From: Eledone cirrhosa
Taxonomy: Eukaryota
DNA length: 64,000 nucleotides
Reading direction: 5' to 3'
NCBI GenBank assembly: GCA_964016885.1
Contig: OZ024740.1
Span: 278,504,001-278,568,000 of the forward strand
The notes below the pieces were generated by a model that had not been told where the DNA came from, searched no databases, and was given only the letters and a program-made list of their open reading frames with translations. Below are positions 54,015 to 64,000 of this stretch, one piece after another; position 1 is the stretch's first letter; the number at the start of each line of letters is the position of its first letter. The position numbers were made by a program, and so were the translations under genes.

Positions 54015-54212
54015 TAATTGTTTCTACTTTAGGCACAAGGCCAGCAATTTCAAGAGAGGTGGGGTCGATGCAAACTTACTAATGCTTTATTTTATCAATC
54101 CCGAAGGGATGGAAGGCAGAGTTAACGTCGACGGGATTTAATCTCAGAACGTAAAGATCCGTAACTCTATAACACGAAGCATGGTATCCGATGCTCTAAG
54201 GATACTGCCAAT
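54015..54212 (-). mobile_element. SINE family 1, diverged
   Basis: aattgtttctactttaggcacaaggccagc..gatactgccaatc. Confidence 0.75.
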
Positions 54213-54250
54213 CGATAATAGAAGGATACATTGGACATATTAGTCTAGAA

Positions 54251-54567
54251 AAGGGACGTGCAACAGACGGCCCGCGGGCCACAATCAGGCCCGCCAAACC
54301 AGTCAGAGTGGCCCGTGATGGTCGTTTTTAATTTTTACCTTGTAGACTTATTTAGAATTTTTTTCGTAACCGTAATACAATTTTCTGTTAGTTGGCCTAT
54401 ACTAAAGGGCTTCACTGATAGTTATGTGTGATATAATTTCCCAGTTCCATGTTATGGAAAGAAGTTGTGGGGAATCTTTGGAATAGTGCTTAATAAATAT
54501 TAATGGCCCTAATATTTGTTCCAATGTTAAAAAGTGGCCTGCTAATGGAATATGTTGTACACCCCTG
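54251..54567. mobile_element. hAT-Charlie-type MITE
   Basis: 8-bp TSD GTCTAGAA (fits NTCTAGAN); TIR AAGGGACGTGCAACA / TGTTGTACACCCCTG. Confidence 0.8.
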
Positions 54568-54995
54568 GTCTAGAATATAGAAGATGAGGCATTTCACGAT
54601 GCATTTGATCAATCAGTACTAACTTAGGTAAAGTTAACAACAAAAGCAACAATAGTAATAACAACTAAGATTGTAACATCTACTTGAAAAATATATAAGC
54701 AAAACAATTAATATACGTTTATTTCAAGTAGGAAAAACAAAATGGGAATGTAAATAAATAATAAAACTAATAAAATCAAACCAATTCAGAGTAAACCAAA
54801 ATAAAATAAAGATAAGCAAAATAAAGTAATTTCAATGTAATAATTATGTATTCCATTATGGAAAACAATGGTATAGTTCTATTAACATAGATTTTAATGG
54901 AGTGAAGCTGTTATTTTCTCATAATTATATGTGCATACTCACGTACATACATACATATATACATACATACATACATACATACATACATACATACA

Positions 54996-55028
<33 letters not shown>

Positions 55029-55494
55029 GTGCGTGTGAGTGTATATGTATGTAGTTATGTATGCATGTTGTATTTTATATATGTATATATATATATATAT
55101 ATAAACATATATATGTATATGTATGTATGTATGTGTATATGTATGTATATGTATATGTATGTATGTATATGTATGTATATGTATGTATATATATATGTAT
55201 TATGTATGTATGTATGTATGTGTGTATATATATATGGCTGACTTAACACACTTGCTTTTCCCAAAAAAAACATTTTCTTCGTTTCTTCTTCTCACTCTCT
55301 CCTGTGTTTCGAGTTTTATTATTTATCGATCAATCTTCTGATGAACCACTAACTTTTGAAACCTTAATACTTTTCCCATTTTATCAAGAGTTAAAATAAT
55401 ATATATCTTCATTATACTGTAGTATTTATTTTGTTGTTTTCCTTTTACCTTTCGGATATATATTTTTTATATGTATATGTATGTATGTGTGTAT

Positions 55495-56100
55495 GTCAGG
55501 TCACCAGTTGGTGCTTCTGGTAACATGTATCCCAGTACAACCTGTCTCATGGTCGGGTCGTTGGCGACTAAACTGGAAACCCCACCAAGGTTTCTTGGTG
55601 AGGAGGGTGACTTTGGACATCCTGCAGGACTAAAAACATAACCTGTCAAAGAGCAAAGGAGCTCTTAAGAGTCAATGGCCATCCAAAATCACCGGGAGAG
55701 ATGACCCCTTAGCCTTTGTCAAGGCAGAATTCTAGAAGGAAAACTCTGATATAACACCTGCAACCCTGATGGTATCCAATAATGTTGACTTGTTCTTCTT
55801 TTTGGTAAATATCATCTTGGTTAAGAGAGTGGGACTGGCTTTGTGCAGTGCCTTTGCTCACTATAAAAGCTTCACGGCACACATTGCTTTATATCTGGAG
55901 ATCTCTCTGCACTTGTCGTCACATGGTACCATGGGCCCAGCACTATGTGTCAATAATTGTCACAAGTGTAGTGTTTGTACCAGAGTTTTCAAGTCGCTGG
56001 CTGGACTAAAAAGTCACACTAGTTCAGCGCATCGGTAGGGGTTCTCCTACATGGATATAAAGTAGTGGCCGTACCCGAAAACGAGTTGGCAGCCACCATG
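55495..56100 (+). mobile_element. Non-autonomous RTE-derived element (5' UTR-like part plus C2H2 3' end)
   Basis: CSVCTRVFKSLAGLKSHTSSAH followed by a short UTR and (TGTA)n; inserted in (TATG)n. Confidence 0.55.
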
Positions 56101-56556
56101 TGTGTATGTATGATATATATATGCATATACATATAAAAATATATATCCGAAAGGTAAAAGGAAAGCAGCAAAATAAATACTACAGTATAATGAAGATATA
56201 TATTATTTTAACTCTTGATAAAATGAGGATCCGCTAAGGTGAAACAATTGTTCTCGGTATGGTGAACTAACTGTTGTGTAACCACTTCTACCTAACTCGC
56301 CCCATGGACTGAGTGCTCTACCACTACAGATATTACCTTCCATTGTTCTACTACTATATATATATATTTATTTATATAAAGATTTACATATATATATAAA
56401 ATCATAGATATATATGTGTCGTTATTTGTCGGAGGTTTCTTCATAGGAGCCTTTATTCTTATAGCTTGGTCTAATTGATTTTTTATATGGTTAATTATAC
56501 TAATTGGGAGAGGTATTGGTATATCTTATATCTAGTGATTCTAAAGACATATTTTA

Positions 56557-56647
<91 letters not shown>

Positions 56648-56697
56648 CATGCTTGCATACATACATACATACATACATACATACATACATACATACA

Positions 56698-56727
<30 letters not shown>

Positions 56728-56728
<1 letters not shown>

Positions 56729-59328
56729 TGCTCCTAGAGAAAGAACTATTGCTCCTACACAACAACAAAAACATACGAAAAACATAAGTGAGGGTACCCT
56801 TGAGACTGTGATGGGAAAACTCCAAGATAAGAAAACACCAGGAAGAGACATGATTGTCGGCTACTGGTACAAAAACTGATATTCTATCGGAGGTACGTTA
56901 CGGACCTCTACCAACAAGTTCTTAAGGGAGATACACTTATACCAGAATAGTTGACATTAGCACAAACATTACTGGTCCCCGAGAACAAAGACACCCACTT
57001 GGCAAAAAACTACCGACCCGTTGCATGCCAGAACCTGATGTATAAGATGTATACAGCCTGCCTGAACCTATTCCTCCAAGATCACTGTGAAAATAATAAC
57101 ATCATCACAGATGAACAAGCAGCTGGAAAGAAAGGGGTTTGGGGATGTGCTGACCAACTCCTAATCAACAAAACTGCGATGTCGGAGGTGAACAACTTAG
57201 AAGGAATATGGCTACAGTCTGGCTGGACTACAGGAAAGCTTTCGATTCTGTTCCCCACTCTTGGATGATAGAGGCCCTCCAACTTGCTAAAGTCCCAGAC
57301 ATTATTGTCAGAGCCATAGAGAGGCTGTCTTCTTCTTGGGCTACTATCCTCAGGTTAAAGACAGAGAGGGAGGACTCTATTTTCACTGATAAAATAAAAT
57401 ATTGCAGGGGTATATTTCAGGTGTACAGTCTCTCTGTGATATTATTCATCTTGTCATTAAACCTCTTGTCCTTTCTGCTCAAGATATGTGAGGGATACAT
57501 CATTGGTTCACAGGAGGACAGAAATACGAACCTAACCCATAATTTCTATCTGAAACTCTATGCCAAGAACATGGATGGGATGAAGAAGAATCTTGACCTG
57601 GTTACAACGTTCTCAAAGGATATAGGAAGGGAGTTTGGTTAAGCTAAATGCTCATACATGACTATAAAGCGAAGAAAAACAACAACCCAATCTAGCAACA
57701 TTGTCATCAATGGCCTAACTGTTACACCGATATCTGATGAGGACTGCTACAGATACCTGGGGATAGATGAGAACATATCCTATAATGGTATCTGTAATAA
57801 AGAACGCGTAACCAGGGAATACTACACCCGATTAAGAAATATCTGGTCATCGGAACTCTCTGCGCAAAACAAAACAGTGGCTCACAATGGGTTTGCTGTG
57901 CCTGTCCTAACACCAGCGTTTGGAATACTCAATTGGACGATAGACGAAATCCGAGCAGTTGATGTTGGAACTCGAAAAATACTGAACAACACCGGAAACT
58001 TCCACATCAACAGTGACATAGACCGCCTTTACTTGAAACGTAAGCAGGGAGGCAGAGGCCTAACATCAGTCCAGACAACATTTGAATGTCGCATCATATC
58101 TCTCCGACAACATCTACGAACCTCGAAGCGTAGAAGCCCGTTTCTCAAGCAAGTCTATCTGCATGAAACAGATAAGATCATTAGAGTTGGGAAGGAATTC
58201 CTTGAGAGATATTCCCTGTGTGATAATCAAAAACTCACACCCAGGGATGTCGCTCAGCAGTATCGCAGTGAATCCATGGATGAAAAACTGCATGCCTATC
58301 AGCAAAAAATCATGCATGGATATGTTGCCAGGAATCTCCAGAGTGAGAGTAATATAGATAAGGAAAGTAGTCTATCTTGGACCAACAACCGCTATATTGA
58401 CTCCCACTTTGAGGATACGCTTTTACAATCCAGGAACAGGAGATTAGCACGAAATACCTGATTCACAAAAGAGATAGGGATGCAGGCAAAACACCTAGAT
58501 GTGATAACAAGTGCAGACCCTGCAGAACTAACATTGAGGATATCACCCATGTCATCAGCAGCTGTCCAAAGATGTCATCGCGGTACTATCTACCTATGAG
58601 GCATGATGTAGTGGCCAAAACACTGTACAATGCTGTTCGTAAAAAAGATAGCCCCGATAATAAATACATTAAAAGCTACAACAATGTGGAAAACATCCAT
58701 GTACATAATATGAAAGAGTACTGGTGGAATGTTCCAGTAAAAACCCCAATAAAATGCAGGCATAACAGACCAGATATTATGATATGGGATAGGGAGAAGA
58801 AAACATGCACAGTAGTAGAAATTAGCTGCCCAGCAGATGCCAATACAATATCAAAGATTAGTGAAAAGGAGAATATTTATGCACAACTGATGAGAAATCT
58901 GCAGATACTCCACCCTGATTACACCTTCAGATGTATGCCTGTGATTGTTGGGGCACTGGGATATGTTAGTAACTGCCTCAATACAAATCTTGAGAAGCTG
59001 GGCTTCACAGGAATAGAAAGAACACAACTAGTTAGGAAATTACAAGTACAACCCATTAATGGAACAGTAAAAATATGTAAAACATTCCAAAAATGTTGCA
59101 TCTAATAACTACATATACACATGTACAGATACAAAGCATATACACATGCACACATACAACTCAAAACATACACATCCACACATACAATAACATCCATATC
59201 TACACATGCATGCATACATACATATCTACCTAGTTGATGTGTAAATTCCAATGAGAGAGTCTTGTGTCTATGTTAGAAACCGCCTCTCTCTATTGGTAAA
59301 ACTTTGTGAAATTATAAAACCAGAAGAA
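56728..59328 (+). mobile_element. 5'-truncated R4/Dong-type non-LTR retrotransposon (RT plus restriction-like endonuclease), degenerate
   Basis: NYRPVAC, WLDYRKAFDSVPH, GIFQ..SLS, YRYLG, GGRGL, CCHC finger, RHD, RPDIMIWD..VEISCP; (CATA)n on both sides. Confidence 0.9.
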
Positions 59329-59512
59329 CATACATACATACATAAATACATATATATTTTTTTTTAATTTGGGTCCCTTTCAATTCTCCTCCCATTTTCC
59401 TCCAGATTCCATCACAATCACAAAATAGTGTGGTAGAACTACTTCTTGTTGTCTTACGTCAGATGTCGTTTTACTATGCAACGTTATTTTTTCTAGTCAA
59501 CCGATTTCATTG

Positions 59513-59563
59513 AATACCAGACGATTCATGCAAAAAAAATTTTTGCATGAATCGTCTGGTATT
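59513..59563. repeat. Perfect palindrome
   Basis: aataccagacgattcatgcaaaaa..tttttgcatgaatcgtctggtatt. Confidence 0.85.
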
Positions 59564-60455
59564 GCAAAACAAATCAAATATCTCGTTTTTACAGTGGCTT
59601 CAAATAAATCAATGTTTTAAACTAATATAAAATGATAAGTTCCTTCAGTTTGTAAAAAGAGAAGAACATGAAAGATTCCCCAGACGCTAGATTTTAAACA
59701 ATAAATATTTTAACTTTTCTAAGTCAATTGAACAAAGATTAATAAAATTTCATATTCTGCCGTAATATATTTTATGTGAATCAACGAGTCTAGAAAGAAA
59801 GGAGTAACAAAAATGTTTACTTGTCCATAGGGGAAACTTGCTAGTGCCACATTTACCTCCCGATTCCCCATTCTCCTCCATTCACCTTACATTATAATGT
59901 TTTACTGCATACTGTGTAATATATGGCACATATTGATGTTTATGTCATTAAACGTGCAGCAACTACTTCATTACATGTGACGTTTTTAGCATCTTTTACC
60001 GGTTTACTAAGTCAGAGATTTGTACACGGGAAGCTAGTTTAGCCATATAATGCAAACGCACGAAAATATTTCTCTTAACTCGTCGTTTAGAATTTTGAGT
60101 AGCTGCCAGTTCTTAATTTTTCTACTATAATATTGTTGAAAGCTGCTCATAATTGAATCAGTTGTTTGTCCATTCACATATTCAATATCAAGGCACGTTC
60201 AAGCCGAATAAGAAACAAAATTGCTGAATCAATTTTCGTATGGTCACATGTTTAAATAACGCTATTCTCTATCAATTACACGATCACATATACTAAATAT
60301 GAATAATACATTCCCTACAACACATTTTATAATAACTTTTCTTTTATAGGTATTGTGATTTAAAAATCTATAATGAAATTCTCAGTATGAACTATTAGCC
60401 AACTTCAACCTGTATTTCACAACCTTTGTAAGAACCCGGACTTATGAAGAGACAA

Positions 60456-61065
60456 AGGTAAGTTGGTAAGCAGGTGGGTAAGTAGGTAGGTAGGCAGGGA
60501 GGGAGGTGGGTAAGTAAGTAGGTAGGTAAAAAGGTAGATATGTAGGTAGGTAGGTAAATAGATAGGTGGGTAGTTTGGTAGAGAGATAGGGAAGTAGATA
60601 AGGAGGTAGGTGGGTAGATAAATATATAGATAGATAGGTAGGTAGATAGGCGGATAGGTAAGTGGATAGGTAAGTAGGTAGGTAGGTAGGTGGATAGGGA
60701 CATAGGAAGGTAGGTAGGAAGGTAGGTAGGTAAGTAGGTAAGTAGGTAGGTAAGTAGGTAAGTAGGTAGGTAAGTAGGTAAGTAGGTAGGTAAGTAGGTA
60801 GGTAAGTAGGTAGGTAGGTAGGTAGGTAGGTAGGTAGGTAGGTAGGTAGGTAGGTAGGTAGGTAGGTAAGTAGGTAGGTAGGTAATTAGGTAGGTAGGTA
60901 AGTAGGTAGGTAAGTAGGTAGGTAGGTAGGTAGGTAAGTAAGTAGGTAGGTAGGGAGGTAGGTAGGTAAGTAGGTAGGTAGGTAGGTAGATAGGTAGGTA
61001 GGTAGGTAGATAGGTAGGTAGGTAGGTAGGTAAGTAGGTAGGTAGGTAAGTAGGTATGTTGGTAG
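60456..61065. repeat. (TAGG)n / (TAAG)n microsatellite
   Basis: About 600 bp of tetranucleotide repeat. Confidence 0.95.
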
Positions 61066-61093
61066 ATATTGTATATGTATATGTGTGCGTGAG

Positions 61094-61192
<99 letters not shown>

Positions 61193-62594
61193 CATCCGTC
61201 GAAATAAACGATATCTATATATAATATAAAAGAAACCTGTTTATTGGTTGGTTGACTGGCTGGTTGGCTGGTTGGCTGGTTGAATCACACGAAAACTACA
61301 CACACAAATACATACACACACGTCTAATGAGAGAGAAACATAGAGGGGGGAGGCAGAAAGAGAAAGATAGGCCGTTATAGAGAGAGAGAGAGATACAATT
61401 AAAGTGTTCGATATTCAGAGAGAGAGAGTGATGTCGCACATCGGTTTAAACTATAGATCGAAGTATATCAGTTGAAGGTTTAACAATATTGCATCAGCTA
61501 TTATAAAGTCGTTTTACAATCTTTGATTTTACAGAACAAAGAAAAATTGATACTATTTGAAATTAATCTACCCTCTACTTAGCCTAATAGTGGGGTTTAA
61601 AACCTTCTAAGAAATGGAAAAAGATGAGCATTGACGTACATGAGAGTCGAACCCACATCTTTGGTTATCCAGGCGAAAGCTTCTATTTTTAATTTCAATC
61701 TCGCTCGCTGTTTCAAAAGATTCTTACTTGTCATTATACTTGCTAAGAATGTAAGAATGTGTGTGTATGTAGACCCGTAATCCTGGTGGAGAAACTGGGG
61801 TGCCGTAGTAACATACGACATTTTTTTACCATTTTAAACCTGGCAGAGCCCATCCCTTCTCCAGGTGATGACAACAGAGCCAATTTATACCAGCTCTCTC
61901 CAAAGCAGTATTTGGGGTAGTGTGGACAATCGTTTCTTGTTATATCATGTGAACTTCAGCACACGATAGTGTGTAAAAAAGAACAGTATCCAATGTTGGT
62001 GTTGCTCCGGGGTTCAAATGTACAAATGTTGTTTCTTTGGCATTGACATTCTTTTGAGAGGTGGAAATTGCTTCGTTGTTTGTTTGTTTGTTTTTCTTTT
62101 GTTTTTCATTTGTTTTGTTTTGTTTGTTCGTTTTTCTGTTTAAGCTTACCGGTCTATATATATATATATATATGTATATACTCATCCGATGGGGTGTGAA
62201 TTATTTATCAAGGTATGTATCTAGTGAATCTGGTTTACTGGTGTTACAACTGTAGCTATTGTATATAAAGAATCTCTGACATGTTACAGTGTTGTTACTT
62301 GAAATGGAGTCAAATGACATCTGTCAGAACTGTAGCAGCTTGCCGCTGCTGTTGTTGCTGTTGCTGCTACTGCTGTTGTTTTTTCTACTGCTACTGCTGA
62401 GTTACCTCCTGGTTTGCATGATCCCGTAACTCCTGGAGGGGTTGTTGGGCGCCATATTGACATATGGCGTGTCTAGGACATTTTTAAATCTGGTGAAGCC
62501 CATCCCTCTCTAGGTCTGAATACAGCAGATTTCTTCCAGAGAAGGATAGAGAGTAAGGAAGATGAAGAGAGAAAGATATATAGAGGAAGAATCG

Positions 62595-62731
62595 ATCCCA
62601 GTAATAGAGTGGTACTCTTTTATCGACCTCGAAAGTTGACCTTGGTTGGATTTGAACTCAGAGAGCAGAAAGCCGAAACGAATACCGCAAATCATTCTAT
62701 CTGACGTTCTAACGACTCTGCTAGTTCACCG
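62595..62731 (-). mobile_element. Old SINE family 1-related copy
   Basis: ggtactcttttatcgacc..ggatttgaactcaga. Confidence 0.55.
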
Positions 62732-62928
62732 TAAGTAAGAAAGGACACATGATTTGCGAAGGCTGAATCAGATGAAATAGAATCGGGTGGTTGGCTGCAT
62801 GCATGATTTAATACAATTGCTAGCTCTCTCATGTACTTAACGAATGCTTTAACTTTATTTTCAACTTAATTTTCTCTTAATTTTGTTATAAAAGAATGGG
62901 GTTATTTTTTCAGTGGTTTTATTGAGCA

Positions 62929-63647
62929 CTAGCAGTGTATCCCCGCGTTGCACGAGTAAGAACACCTCCAATGAGAAACGTTGGTAATAACACCTCCAAT
63001 GAGAAACGTTTATTTGTGAGTGCCTGTTAAAAACTCACGAAAATATACGGACAGGAAACTTGTTTTATTTGGAGAAAATTAAGAAGTTGAAAGTACAGTT
63101 TAGCTGTCTACGCGCATTGTTCATAGAAATATTGTTGAGTCCCTTCTTTTCATACTCCTCTGTTTTTGGCCTTTTGGAGTAAATGTGAAAGAGAAAGTCA
63201 CAGGTTAAGTTGGCAGAAGGTTCCAGTGTCATAGCAGTAAGGCGTAGGCTACTTACCTCAAAGGTTAATTCGCATTCTTTCCCCTAAGTTACTCTTTCTC
63301 TCTATCCCTCTCGGTGCAGTCCCTTGCGAATTTCTCGCGTAGGCCTGGTGTAGATTTGCACCCGATCCATCTGCCCGATGCATATGTCCGCTTTGTACGG
63401 CTTTTGGAGGAAGGAGTGACCAGCAGTACGTTGTTCGGTATTATTACGAAAAGGTGTAGCACAGAATCCCGCGTGAACTAACAGCTCGGGAGGAAACTGC
63501 TTACCTCGAAGATTCATTTGCCATCGTTCTTGTCAACGCTCCGTTTACTTGGTATTTGTTGGTCTACAGCTAGATGAATGGCGCAGAAAGGGTTAATGTT
63601 TATTGGCAAGAAGTGCAACTGGGCTGCCTTGCCTCGTTTATATTATA
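62929..63647 (-). mobile_element. Non-autonomous Helitron; internal part repeated at 37094-37315
   Basis: a-CTAG-cagtgtatccccgcgttgcacgag terminus; other end tttatattatatat; 63390-63613 matches 37094-37315. Confidence 0.55.
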
Positions 63648-64000
63648 TATTAAAATAACAGATTAAAGTTCAAGCAAAGAATCGCTGCTTTCACCCTTAA
63701 CGGGATCTTCTGAAACTAAAAAATCAATCTGTGAACGCAGAAGTAAATATTTCGAAAAACGTTGCAACCGAAGATAAACAGGAAGACGATACTTTGGGTC
63801 GTGAAGACGTTCCCTGGCAATGAACGGATAATAGCGAACATAATACGTCATTAATGTTTGTCAGAATGTCGTAATGTAGACAGCCAGGCATACAGACAGA
63901 TATTATAAGGGCGCGACGGACATCGATAACCGGCGCCTAACACCCCTTTAACAACAGAAAATTGAAAAATAAAAGTTGCAGTTAATATCTTTAGACCGCA

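Noticed and set aside
55330-55375. CTGATGA..GAAA hammerhead candidate
   Set aside because: Stem II, stem III and stem I pairings are not convincing.
61214-61300. Helitron-like 5' end (TC, TATATAATATAAA, (TGGT)n)
   Set aside because: No matching 3' hairpin-CTAG end was found, so boundaries cannot be supported.

Overview
AT-rich, microsatellite-dense eukaryotic DNA with no confident host gene. The repeat inventory suggests a cephalopod such as Octopus (inference). Most ORF-track entries are artefacts of (TA)n/(CA)n/(TACA)n tracts. The window is dominated by Penelope-like retroelements (PLEs). Six Naiad-type copies are present (YRDD reverse transcriptase, CNC-x4/5-CPL-x3-C linker, C-terminal GIY-YIG), including one nearly intact copy at 37.4-42.7 kb with tandem and inverted pseudo-LTRs (pLTRs); there are also Neptune-like fragments. 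Other elements are an RTE LINE, an R4/Dong-type RLE element sitting in (CATA)n, two tRNA-SINE families, Helitrons and MITEs. Reading both strands by eye gives about 20 hammerhead-ribozyme (HHR) motifs from more than 10 families, almost all within islands bounded by (TA)n. Four results stand out. (1) An ORF-less 316-320 bp HHR unit is integrated as 1.3-1.4 tandem copies at two loci, with covarying stems, making it a retrozyme / circular-RNA candidate. (2) Type I HHRs have stem II domains expanded from 27 to about 210 nt. (3) Several HHR variants appear to replace stem I with a pseudoknot-like pairing, including the one in the youngest element. (4) Some PLEs have 1-4.4 kb 3' regions carrying degenerate microsatellite cargo. 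All RNA structures were paired by eye and none has been tested.
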